Translations under genes and position numbers: made by a program
NCBI RefSeq assembly: GCF_023055435.1
Contig: NW_025963802.1
Span: 17,546,001 to 17,610,000, forward strand
From: Haliotis rufescens
Taxonomy: Eukaryota
Length of the DNA stretch: 64,000 nt
Direction of reading: 5' to 3'
Notes under the pieces: generated by a model
Told to the model about the DNA's origin: nothing
Seen by the model: the letters and a program-made list of their open reading frames with translations, nothing else
The model's database searches: none
Part shown: positions 39,901 to 50,670 of the stretch, piece after piece
Layout: every line of letters begins with the position of its first letter
Numbering within the stretch: position 1 is the stretch's first letter

Positions 39901-42900
39901 TATAAAAGTGCTACCTTATCAAAGGGACATTACTCTAAACCATGATTCTTTAATCCGGAAACGAGATATTTCACCGTTCGGATTAACGGGGATTGAGTGT
40001 ATATGTTCAATGGCATCACTCCGAAATTTGCAAACACGAAACAAATTAACGTTTGAGCTTGTCATTATGTTTACTTTGGAGAAGTAGTTTCCATGCCATG
40101 ATATACCATGTTGAATCCCAGCCGTTAAATGAATACTGAAAGATCAGCGAGGATTCCGGAACTCAGTGTCCCATGCTTGTCGTAAGACGGCTAATGAGGA
40201 TTGGGTGGGTACAATGAACGAACAGGAGGGGTGTGTCACCGTGCACCAGTTGCTTGGCTCGTCCCTACTGCTCACAGCCGACATCATTATTTTGTGGCTT
40301 TCATATCGCTGAATGCGGCGTAGAATAACATGCACTTATTCAGTCTATATTTGTTTGTTTCTTTCTTTCTTTCTTTGGTTGGTTGGTGGGTTGATTGTTC
40401 ATTGAGGCCGTACTCAGCAATATTCTAGTCATATGACGGCGATCTGTATATTATCGAGTCTGGACCAGGCTGTCCATTTGACATCAAGAGCATCGATCTA
40501 CGCAAATGGGATGCGATGACATGCATCAACTATGTCAGCGAGGTCTGACCACCCGATCCCGTAAGCATGGGTTGCTGAGAACCCATTCTAACCCGGTTCT
40601 TCGCGAAAGCCTTCGTCTATAACTCATTAAACTTTTTACAGGGATCCTGAGGATATTGACCTGTTTACTGGAGGGGTCTCGGAGAAACCAATCGAAAAGA
40701 GTTTAGTTGGACCCCTGTTTACCTGTCTACTGGGACGTCAGTTTTCAGCCTTGAAGAGAGGGGATCGGTTCTGGTATGAGCTCAGTGACCCTGTCACGCG
40801 GTTTACACCGGGTGAGTGAAAAGTATTTCACAGAGCGTGAGTTGGGGTTAACGCCGCTTTTAACATTATTCCAGTTATATCACGGCGTGTCAGCTTAATG
40901 TGGGAGAAAAGCCCGACGTGATCCAGGTCTGAGACGTTTACCACTTCGGTGAAACCCACGAGCACGGGTATGGTGCTGACAAACCTAGAAACATAATCGA
41001 GATTCGAACCCAGAAGTACCTGATGGCATGGATAACACGACAATCGAACATTTCTCAGCAGGCATGTCTACTGCTGGTCAGTGCTTTTGCAAAAGGTGAT
41101 CTTAGCGTTAAGGTGATCTTTAATACAGACTTACGACAGTCGGAGCGCTCAGATCGCTTTGCCGGACGGGGCACAGTGAACCGTTCTACACATGGTCTTG
41201 GCGCTAAGGCGACTGTAACTCACATTCTTCAAATACACTTACGACAGTCGAACGTCTCAGATCGCTTTGTAGAACGGAGGCAAGTGAACCGTTCTACACA
41301 TGGTCTTAGTGCTAAGGCGATCGTAACTTAATTTCTTCAAAATACACTTACGACAGTCATGGGGCTCAGATCGCTTTGGAGAACGGTGCCCAGTGAACCG
41401 TTCTACACATGGTCTTAGTGCTAAGGCGATCGTAACTTAATTTCTTCAAAATACACTTACGACAGTCGTGGGGCTCAGATCGCTTTGGAGAACGGTGCCC
41501 AGTGAACCGTTCTACACATGGTCTTAGTGCTAAGGCGATCGTAACTTAATTTCTTCAAAATACACTTACGACAGTCGTGGGGCTCAGATCGCTTTGGAGA
41601 ACGGGGACCAGTGAACCGTTCTACACATGGTCTTAGGGCTAAGGCGATCGTAACTTAATTTCTTCAAAATACACTTACGACAGTCGTGGGGCTCAGATCG
41701 CTTTGGAGAACGGTGCCCAGTGAACCGTTCTACACATGGTCTTAGTGCTAAGGCGATCGTAACTTAATTTCTTCAAAATACACTTACGACAGTCGTGGGG
41801 CTCAGATCGCTTTGGAGAACGGTGCCCAGTGAACCGTTCTACACATGGTCTTAGTGCTAAGGCGATCGTAACTTAATTTCTTCAAAATACACTTACGACA
41901 GTCGTGGGGCTCAGATCGCTTTGGAGAACGGTGCCCAGTGAACCGTTCTACACATGGTCTTAGTGCTAAGGCGATCGTAACTTAATTTCTTCAAAATACA
42001 CTTACGACAGTCGTGGGGCTCAGATCGCTTTGGAGAACGGTGCCCAGTGAACCGTTCTACACATGGTCTTAGTGCTAAGGCGATCGTAACTTAATTTCTT
42101 CAAAATACACTTACGACAGTCGTGGGGCTCAGATCGCTTTGGAGAACGGTGCCCAGTGAACCGTTCTACACATGGTCTTAGTGCTAAGGCGATCGTAACT
42201 TAATTTCTTCAAAATACACTTACGACAGTCGTGGGGCTCAGATCGCTTTGGAGAACGGTGCCCAGTGAACCGTTCTACACATGGTCTTAGTGCTAAGGCG
42301 ATCGTAACTTAATTTCTTCAAAATACACTTACGACAGTCGTGGGGCTCAGATCGCTTTGGAGAACGGTGCCCAGTGAACCGTTCTACACATGGTCTTAGT
42401 GCTAAGGCGATCGTAACTTAATTTCTTCAAAATACACTTACGACAGTCGTGGGGCTCAGATTGCTTTGGAGAACGGGGACTAGGACGCTAAGGTACCCTG
42501 TATGTATACACTTCAGTTGTAGGTGAGTTGATACATTTACGTGAATGTCACAGCTGGCACTTTTTCATCTCTATTATTGTTCCTTTCTCTAGATGCTACT
42601 TAACTGTAAACTCTACGAGGTGGAAGTCGGTTTGGTAACGGTAAACCTCCAATCAAAGCACTAATTAATAGCTTTTTATGCAATATAATGATCGAACTGA
42701 GTCTTCGAATCCGGAACATGACATCATGGCTGATAACAAAGCGACGTATTGTAAAACCTGCAAACAATGACAGTCGCTGTTGTTATTCATTATAAGTTAA
42801 AGTCGTATACATGTCCACGATTCTCATTAAACTGAACTATTCTTCCAGATCAGCTGTTGGAGATTCGAAAGACCACCCTGTCCCGCATCGTGTGTGACAA

Positions 42901-43913
42901 CACCAATACCTTCCACGTCCAGAGAGATGCCTTCAGACTCAAGTCCGCATCGTACGTACGCATTTACGGGTTCATTCGGCTGATTTCGATACCCTAATAA
43001 CAACTTCGGGCAGCGATGCAGTAGGGATATTGCATGAATTCTCTTTCGTCTATGGGGCCGCAATTCGCTGTGCAGAGTTGCGTCCTTTAAGTGCGCCAGG
43101 AACCTATTATCATGAGACAGAATCCCGGTTCGCCCAGAATATATTTCTAGGTTTGTCAGCGCCATGCCCATGCTCGTGGGTTTCACCAAAGTGACCGTCT
43201 AAAACATTAACTCCGTCTGGCTTCCCCCCACAAGAATACAGCTAACAAACAGGCATTTCTTTGCAACGCAGCGCAAAACCAAATCAATCAGTCACGTGAC
43301 AGGACATTCATCCAATAACATGTACATGTACTTTCAGTCATCTTGAGTGTGGTTACAACATACTACTAACTTAGATAAAATGAAGTTTTGAAAAAGTTGT
43401 CAACATGTGAAAAATAAAATTAATTTAAGTTAATTTAACAAATTCTGTATACAGAGAGCTTAAACATTTTAACTTGCATTTTCTTGGCATCAAATTTCAT
43501 CACACTCACAAATACTTGCAATAAGACAAATGCATACTCTGGAAATGTGTGTTGAATATTTTTACAATGAAACAAGTCACATGGTACAGACATATATAGA
43601 GAATCCGTTATATGTTCCGCTACTCCAGAAACAACCGATTCTCTTGCTACAGACCTATATTGCAAACATGCGCATGTTAAATGTATTTCATGTATTTCTT
43701 GTCTCCAGGAATCACCGTGTCCCGTGTTACAGCTTGCCTCGTCTGGACCTGACCAAGTGGAGAGAACAACAGCCTCAGTGGTCAAGCTGGTCCGCCGCGT
43801 CAGACTGTTCAACCAGAGTTACCTTCCAGTTCCGGAGGAGGACGTGCATACCGGAAGAAGGTGGATGTCGCGGGCCGCGGGAAATGAGGCGCATGTGCCC
43901 GTCACGGGGGTAG
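27854..43913 (+). CDS. Secreted peroxidase-like protein B (peroxidase-cyclooxygenase superfamily; distal catalytic residues lost; C-terminal TSP1-like repeat), 11 coding exons, ~711 aa
   Basis: Exons 27854-27998, 29638-29764, 32072-32289, 33907-34086, 35490-35568, 37206-37312, 38476-38577, 38966-39665, 40642-40811, 42849-42951, 43709-43913 join in frame (2136 nt including TAG), all GT-AG. Motifs: YRTADGSCNN, LPSARLVS, EQLNQRTAYIDAS, FMREHN, AFRFGHS, LAAFNIQRGRDHG, DIDLFTGG, GDRFWYE, LSRIVCDN. Confidence 0.92.
28272..28533 (+). mobile_element. Short retroposon family A
   Basis: 14-bp TSD CCCAGTGGGTTAAA; (AACC)n tail. Confidence 0.9.
28745..29090 (+). mobile_element. SINE family D
   Basis: Same core and (CA)n-containing 3' part. 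Confidence 0.8.
29127..29600. repeat. 76/77-bp tandem repeat (~6 units)
   Basis: CAAGAACC starts at 29127, 29204, 29281, 29358, 29435, 29511 and 29587. Confidence 0.95.
29638..29764 (+). CDS. Peroxidase-like B exon 2
   Basis: tgtag|...GG|gtgagt; DVDSSRPSARASHTAFSGSGAIARALG is homologous to gene A exon 2. Confidence 0.85.
30259..31481 (+). mobile_element. Decayed mariner (Tc1/mariner) transposon
   Basis: TA-flanked TIRs CGAGGGCTGGTCAAAA / TTTTGACCAGCGCTCG; ARWVPKFL and TGDETWVYHYD motifs; frameshifts, internal deletion and a SINE insertion. Confidence 0.92.
31033..31198 (+). mobile_element. Short tRNA-derived SINE family C inserted in mariner
   Basis: A box TAGCCTAGTGG, B box GGTTCGATTCCC, TSD TGTTGATTACT. 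Confidence 0.9.
31761..31928 (+). mobile_element. SINE family C
   Basis: Nearly identical to the 31033 copy; TSD CTCACCRAA. Confidence 0.9.
32072..32289 (+). CDS. Peroxidase-like B exon 3
   Basis: YRTADGSCNNLNNPTWGMSNTPQRRYLLPKYNDG; donor gttagt. Confidence 0.92.
33310..33853. mobile_element. Same MITE family, intron 3 of gene B
   Basis: Long TIR GCAAGAGAGTTAACTGACT...CTTGCCGAA. Further pieces at 36030-36390 and 36819-37150. Confidence 0.82.
33907..34086 (+). CDS. Peroxidase-like B exon 4 (distal helix, QWGLFLALD)
   Basis: PRTRG..DPLPSARLVS...TQWGLFLALDITSTP; aag| acceptor, gtgcgt donor. Confidence 0.9.
34105..34380. repeat. Imperfect (GT)n microsatellite
   Basis: GT-rich run following exon 4. 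Confidence 0.9.
34385..34866 (+). mobile_element. LINE 3' fragment
   Basis: TPNYTVYGELGR, and FRTSNHNLPIETGKW near 34810. Confidence 0.7.
34867..35299. other. Two assembly gaps (34867-35034 and 35119-35299)
   Basis: Runs of N. Confidence 0.99.
35490..35568 (+). CDS. Peroxidase-like B exon 5
   Basis: ttttatacag|GLDGRPLTCCPEDLPP...|gtact; phases 1/2 fit both neighbours. Confidence 0.8.
37206..37312 (+). CDS. Peroxidase-like B exon 6
   Basis: CFPIDIPQGDRFFRRRCMHFPRS, the typical CFPI.IP..D.F....CM.F.RS motif. Confidence 0.9.
37911..38172 (+). mobile_element. SINE family B
   Basis: B box GGTTCGAATCCC, body and (CACT)n tail. Further copies near 2615-2817, 12320-12460, 17410-17630, 32790-33070, 36395-36582, 37350-37563, 40836-41020, 43055-43190, 49975-50105, 53601-53832, 58110-58330, 60000-60135 and 63330-63430. 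Confidence 0.85.
38476..38577 (+). CDS. Peroxidase-like B exon 7 (Ca2+-binding loop)
   Basis: EQLNQRTAYIDASPLYG. Confidence 0.92.
38966..39665 (+). CDS. Peroxidase-like B exon 8 (proximal His/Asn; lacks GDxRxNE segment)
   Basis: GLLKTS runs directly into MGVSSIQTIFMREHN; AFRFGHS; NIQRGRDHG; donor AA|gttagt. Confidence 0.93.
39757..40002. mobile_element. Pogo/Tigger-like MITE with an internal ~97-bp tandem duplication
   Basis: ACCTCGTTAGTCTGGAAACC repeated at 39765 and 39862; right end GGATTAACGGGGATTGAGTGTA. Confidence 0.5.
40378..40605 (-). mobile_element. Short retroposon family A (intronic)
   Basis: Similarity to other copies. Confidence 0.78.
40642..40811 (+). CDS. Peroxidase-like B exon 9
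   Basis: DIDLFTGGVSE...VGPLFTCLLGRQFSALKRGDRFWYE; donor gtgagt. Confidence 0.92.
41075..42480. repeat. 109-bp tandem array of a MITE-derived monomer (~13 units)
   Basis: About 10 near-identical units from 41391, preceded by 2-3 diverged ones; homologous to the MITE at 57329. Confidence 0.95.
42849..42951 (+). CDS. Peroxidase-like B exon 10
   Basis: QLLEIRKTTLSRIVCDN...QRDAF. Confidence 0.92.
43709..43913 (+). CDS. Peroxidase-like B exon 11 (end of peroxidase domain plus TSP1-like tail)
   Basis: NHRVPCYSLPRLDLTKW, then WSSWS..SDCS...QFRRRTC...GCRG...RMC, stop TAG. Confidence 0.88.
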
Positions 43914-44003
43914 TGGAATCGGATGTGCATGAAACATTATTGTGTTCGAAGTGTTTGTGTAGAGAATTGTGCACAATTTGAAACATGATTTTGAAATATT
44001 ACA

Positions 44004-44009
44004 AATAAA
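44004..44009 (+). terminator. Candidate polyadenylation signal of peroxidase-like B
   Basis: AATAAA about 90 nt after the stop codon. Confidence 0.45.
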
Positions 44010-44234
44010 CATATTGGTCAAACGACACGTTTGGTATAAGCTGTGCTGCGGTTTTCTATCATCAGGTGTGTTGTATAAGTATCCTAAACTAAAGAAACTA
44101 GTGAGCACGTCTATTAATCTCTGAGAGATGTGTGATTTGACCTTGAGAGTGATCCGTGATTAATGAATTTATTTATCTGAGCCACATCATAACGACAACA
44201 TTGAATCGCCTGAATCAGGCACATCATTGTGTGG

Positions 44235-44542
44235 TTGAGAGAGGTATGTCAATACACGAAATTAACTTTCACTAATGAGTATACAAAACATTGGTTGATA
44301 TTGATAGTGCTAGGTTAAAGTAACTTAATCTGGATTATCCAAAACACTGGTTAATCGTTTGTTTTAAAGAGATGTATTAACACACTTAATTAAACTGGAC
44401 TACACAAAACATTGTTTGACAGTGGGGTTGAAAGAGGTATGTTAACCCACTTAATTAATCTGGTTAATAAAAATGACGCTGGTGGATATTGATAGACATA
44501 TGTTAATACCGTTAATTTAACTGGATTATACAAAACATGGGT
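44235..44542. repeat. Old degenerate ~60-65-bp tandem repeat (~5 units)
   Basis: Recurring TAATCTGGATTAT.CAAAACA.TGG and GTATGTTAA motifs. Confidence 0.55.
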
Positions 44543-44546
44543 ATAC

Positions 44547-47500
44547 TCACACTCACGAATCACCGTGACACTACAATCAGAATCCCTTCAACACCACACT
44601 CACGAATCACCGTGACACTTTAATTGGAATCTCTTTAACACCACACTCACGAATCACCGTGACACTATAATCAGAATCCCTTTAACACCACACTCACGAA
44701 TCACCGTGACACTTTAATTGGAATCTCTTTAACACCACACTCACGAATCACCGTGACACGACAATCAGAAGCCCTTTAACACCACACCCACGAATCACCG
44801 TGACACGACAATCAGAATCCCTTCAACACCACACTCACGAATCACCGTGACGCTACAATCAGAATCCCTTTAACACCGCACTCACGAATCACCGTGACAC
44901 TACAACCAGAATCCCTTTAACACCACACTCACGAATCACCGTGACACTTTAATCAGAATCCCTTTAACACCACACTCAAGAATCACCGTGACACTACAAT
45001 CAGAATCGCTTCAACACCACCCACGAATCACCGTGACACGACAATCAGAATCCCTTCAACACCACACTCACGAATCACCGTGACGCTACAATCAGAATCA
45101 GTTCAACACCACTTACGAATCACCGTGACACGACAATCAGAAGCCCTTTAACACCACACCCACGAATCACCGTGACACGACAATCAGAATCCCTTCAACA
45201 CCACACTCACGAATCACCGTGACGCTACAATCAGAATCCCTTTAACACCGCACTCACGAATCACCGTGACACTACAACCAGAATCCCTTTAACACCACAC
45301 TCACGAATCACCGTGACACTTTAATCAGAATCCCTTTAACACCACACTCAAGAATCACCGTGACACTACAATCAGAATCGCTTCAACACCACACCCACGA
45401 ATCACCGTGACACGACAATCAGAATCCCTTCAACACCAAACTCACGAATCACCGTGACACTTCAATCAGAATCAGTTCAACACCACTTACGAATCACCGT
45501 GACACGACAATCAGAATCCCTTTAACACCACACCCACGAATCACCGTGACGCTACAATCAGAATCCCTTTAACACCACACTCGCGAATCACCTTGACACT
45601 ACAATCAGAATCCCTTTAACACCACACTCACGAATCACCGTGACACTACATTCAGAATCCCTTCAACACCACACTCACGAATCACCGTGACACTACAATC
45701 AGAATCCCTTCAACACCACACTCACGAATCACCGTGACACTACAATCAGAATCCTTTAACACCACACTCACGAATCACCGTGACACGACAATCAGAATCC
45801 CTTTAACACCACACTCACGAATCACCGTGATACTGCAATCAGAATCCCTTCAACACCACACTCACGAATCACCGTGACACTACAATCAGAATCCCTTTTA
45901 ACACCACACTCACGAATCACCGTGACACTTTAATCACAATCCCTTTAGCACCACACTCACGAATCGCCAGACACGACAATCAGAATCCTTTAACACCACA
46001 CTCACGATCCACCATGACACTACAATCAGAATCCCTTTAACACCACACTCACGAATCACCGTGACACTTTAATCACAATCCCTTTAACACCACACTCACG
46101 AATCACCGTGACACTTTAATCACAATCCCTTAAACACCACACTCACGAATCACCGTAACACTACAATCAGAATCATTTTAACACCACACTCACGAATCAC
46201 CGTGACACTACAATCAGAATCCCTTTAACACCAAACTCACGAATCACCGTGACACTACAATCAGAATCCCTTTAACACCACACTCACGAATCACCGTGAC
46301 ACTACATTCAGAATCCCTTCAACACCACACTCACGAATCACCATGACACTACGATCAGAATCCCTTCAACACCACACTCACGAATCACCGTGACACTACA
46401 ATCAGAATCCTTTAACACCACTCACGAATCACCGTGACACGACTATCAGAATCCTTTAACACCACATTCACGATCCACCTTGACACGACAATCAGAATCC
46501 TTTACCACCTCTCACGAATCTCCGTGACACGACAATCAGAATCCCTTTAACAACACACTCACGAATCACCGTGACACTACTATCAGAATCCCTTCAACAC
46601 CACACTCACGAATCACCGTGACACTACAATCAGAATCCCTTTAACACCACACTCACGAATCACCATGACACTACATTCAGAATTTCTTCAACACCACACT
46701 CACGAATCACCGTGACACTACAATCAGAATCCCTTTAACACCACACTCACGAATCACCTTGACACTACAATCAGAATCCCTTCAACACCACTCACGAATC
46801 ACCGTGACGTTACAATCAGAATCCCTTTAACACCACACTCACGAATCACCGTGACACGACAATCGGAATCCCTTTAATACCACACTCACGAATCACCGTG
46901 ACACTACAATCAGAATCCCTTTAACACCACTCACGAATCACCGTGACACTACAATCAGAATCCCTTTAACACCACTTACGAATCACCGTGACACTTTAAT
47001 CAGAATCATTTAACACCACTCACGAATATCCGTGACACGACAATCAGAATCCCTTCAACACCACACTCACGAATCACCGTGACACTACAATCAGAATCCC
47101 TTTAACACCACACTCACGAATTACCGTGACACGACAATCAGAATCCCTTTAACACCACACTAACGAATCACCGTGACACTTTAATCAGAATCCCTTAAAC
47201 ACCACACTCACGAATCACCGTGACACTACAATCAGAATCCCTTTAACACCACACTCACGAATCACCGTGACACTACAATCAGAATCCCTTTAACACCACA
47301 CTCACGAATCACCGTGACACTACAATCAGAATCCCTTTAACACCACACTCACGAATCACCGTGACACTACATTTAGAATCCCTTCAACACCACACTCACG
47401 AATCACCGTGACACTACAATCAGAATCCCTTTAACACCACACTCACGAATCACCGTGACACTACATTTAGAATCCCTTCAACACCACACTCACGAATCAC

Positions 47501-48242
47501 CGTGACACTACAATCAGAATCCCTTTAACACCACACTCACGAATCACCGTGACACTACATTCATAATCCCTTTAACACCACTCACGAATCACCGTGACAC
47601 TACAATCAGAATCCCTTTAACACCACACTCACGAATCACCGTGACACTACATTCAGAATCCCTTCAACACCACACTCACGAATCTCCGTGACACTACAAT
47701 AGGAATCCCTTCAACGCCACTCACGAATCACCGTGACGCTACAATCAGAATCCCTTTAACACCACACTCACGAATCACCTTGACACTTTAATCAGAATAC
47801 CTTTAACACCACAATCACGAATCACCGTGACACTACAATCGGAATCCCTTTAATACCACACTCACGAATCACCGTGACACTACAATCAGAATCCCTTCAA
47901 CACCACTCATGAATCATCGTGACACTACAATCAGAATCCCTTTAACACCACTCACGAATCACCGTGACACTACATCAGAATCCCTTTAACACCACACTCA
48001 CGAATCACCGTGACACTACAATCAGAATCCCTTCAACACCACTCACGAATCACCGTGACACTACAATCAGAATCCCTTTAACACCACTCACGAATCACCG
48101 TGACGCTACAATCAGAATCCCTTTCACGCCACACTCACGAATCACCGTGACACTACAATCAGAATCGCTTTAACACCACACTCACGAATCACCGTGACAC
48201 TACAATCAGAATCCCTTTAACACCACACTCACGAACCACCGT
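44547..48242. repeat. 47-bp minisatellite (~79 units)
   Basis: CTCACGAATCACCGTGACACTACAATCAGAATCCCTTTAACACCACA with 45/46-bp variants. Confidence 0.97.
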
Positions 48243-48259
48243 CAATTTACAAATATCTA

Positions 48260-48822
48260 AAGGGGCTCTCACACTTTTCCTAGTTGTGTCCCGAGTATGG
48301 ACCCGAGTTGACTCCGGGATACTCATATGGAGCTTGTAGCGAGGTCGTACTAAACTCGGGGTAAATCGGGATACCTCGTACTGATCTACGAGAGTTTTGG
48401 AACTGCTCAAAACAGTTGGGCCGCCAGCCAACTCCTAGTAAACACGTAACAAACTCGTAACACACTCGTCCTACTCGTAGTACCCTCGTGGCGACCTCGT
48501 GGTGCTCGTACAGAACTCTGCAAAATTTATTGCCGAGTTGACCGAGTCTAATACGAGCTGTGCGAGAGTAATTACCGCCGAATTATTTCGCAGCTCGTAG
48601 CCACCTCGTACTAAAGTCGTACCAAACTCGTATCGAGATCGTTGTGCTCGTATGCAACTCTTAATAGGCTCCTATTGAACTCCTATTGGACTCCTGTGGG
48701 GCTCGTAACACACTCGTAGCGTACTCGTATGATACTCGTATATATGTAGTCTCTTCCCGAGGCCTAACCGAGTTAGGTTCTGGAGAGCTCGGCAACCACC
48801 TCAGCAAAGTGAGAGAGCTGCT
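48260..48822. mobile_element. MITE-like element rich in CTCGTA/TACGAG motifs
   Basis: Imperfect TIR GGGGCTCTCACACT / AGTGAGAGAGCTGC; dense short internal repeats. Confidence 0.4.
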
Positions 48823-49157
48823 CTAGTCACAATCCACGTCCACACCACACTGATTCAGGTGCTGATGTGACAAGCAACACAAATTATTGCAAATTTTTAA
48901 ATGTTTTGTAAACGATCGCAAAAAAACCTCAAATTTTAAGGATGTATGTATTTCGGTGAAAATCCTCGTTAAACTCAAATATTTAAAAAGTAACGAAGCC
49001 GAAGTTCAAATCAGGCGTTTTATTCAGACTCTTCTATAAACAATGGAACGATGGCATTCAGACCAGAGAACCAACTATATGGCATCAAGTTCATGTCTGG
49101 AATATAGTCTATACACTCGCTCATCCTATACTGATCTAACAACTCAGTAATTAGAGT

Positions 49158-49312
49158 GGGGGAGTGAGTATGGTTTTACGCCGCATTAAGCAATATTCCA
49201 GCGGCGGGGGACACCAGAAATGGGCTTAACACATTGTACCCATGTCGGGAATCGAACCCGGGTCTTCGGCGTGACGCGCGAACGCGTTAACCACTAGGCT
49301 ACCCGACCGCCC
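49158..49312 (-). mobile_element. SINE family C
   Basis: TSD CTCAGTAATT. A diverged copy lies at 61412-61555. Confidence 0.88.
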
Positions 49313-50447
49313 CTCAGTAATTGTAATACATGTACATGGTCTTACGGTAGTCTCAGCGCTAAGATCTCTTTCTTTAAAGAATCCCTGTGAGCTAAACATT
49401 GTTGAAGTACGTCGATTATTAGCATTAACGCCGCACTCGGCACTATTCCAGTCATATGACGGTGACATGGAAATAAGCGAGTCTGGACAAGACAATCCAG
49501 TGATTGATATTATAAGCATCGATCCACGCCGTCGGCTCCGATTGCACGGAATCGATCAAGGCACCGATCCTGACCAACCGATCAATTAAGTCGCCTCTTC
49601 CGACCAGAATTGGTCAAACCCGGAATCCCCTGGGATTTCTGTTTCAAGCAAAACAAAACTGTTGATGTAACACACTCGAATAAACAAATAATTGGTTATA
49701 ACTTAGTTGTCTTCACCTCTGAGGCTTACAGTGAAATCCCGTTTGTTCTCCACCCGTCTGTCAGGAAGCCTCGGTTTATGTTAAGAACTTTATATAAAGG
49801 ACAATACTCCGAAACCACGATTCTTTTATCCAGACATGGGTTTCGCCGGGTTTTACTGTAGATTTATTGATGCCGAGGGAAAGGCTGTGTTATCGAGTTG
49901 CTATCAAACGGATAATAGTGCGTGATTGAGTTGGATAAAATGCATATTTTAACTGTATCCCATTTATATCGGCGAGGAAAGCCCGAAGTGCTGACAAATC
50001 GGGGCGAACCGGGATTCGAAATGATCATAGGTTTCTGGTGTGCCCAAGGGACGCAACTCTGCATAGCGAATACAGGTGCCTTTGGCGACTAGGACAAACG
50101 TGACCCAGGATTATAGTCACGTCTAACATGGCATACGGCGTGACTCATGCAACACACTCTCGTATAATCTGTCAAAAGGGTAACAACCTTTTATTTCTAT
50201 TCTCAAGTAGTTAATGTCTGTATGACAAGTGTGAAGTACACGAAGATTAATGTCCCAGTGTGGCTATGTGACATTGCCGCCTGGACTACCGGCTGCGGTA
50301 CCTTTTAAAGTGCCTGGTGACATTGGCAAGATTACCCTACGTTGTGCAACAAATGGACATTCTGAGATCAGATGTCTGATTTACAAAATCGGAATATATC
50401 GCTAAAAGAGTGACTGACTGGGTGCACATGTCAATATTAGTTCAATT

Positions 50448-50670
50448 ATACCACGACATCTAAGCTTCAGCTATACCACGGCTTATCAGCTTCAGATATA
50501 CCACGGCTTGTCAGCTTCAGATATACCACGGCTTGTCAGCTTCAGATATACCACGACTTATCAGCCTCAGATATACCACCGTGGCGGCTTATCAGCTTCA
50601 GATATACCACGACATGTCAGCTTCAGATATACAACGGCTTGTCAGCTTCAGTTATACCACGACTTGACAA
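50448..50670. repeat. 25-bp minisatellite
   Basis: ATACCACGGCTTGTCAGCTTCAGAT, about 8 units. Confidence 0.9.

Noticed and set aside
27854-43913. Naming gene B peroxidasin, TPO or DUOX
   Set aside because: No LRR/Ig/vWC, CCP/EGF/transmembrane or EF-hand/oxidase domains; orthology cannot be assigned without a phylogeny.
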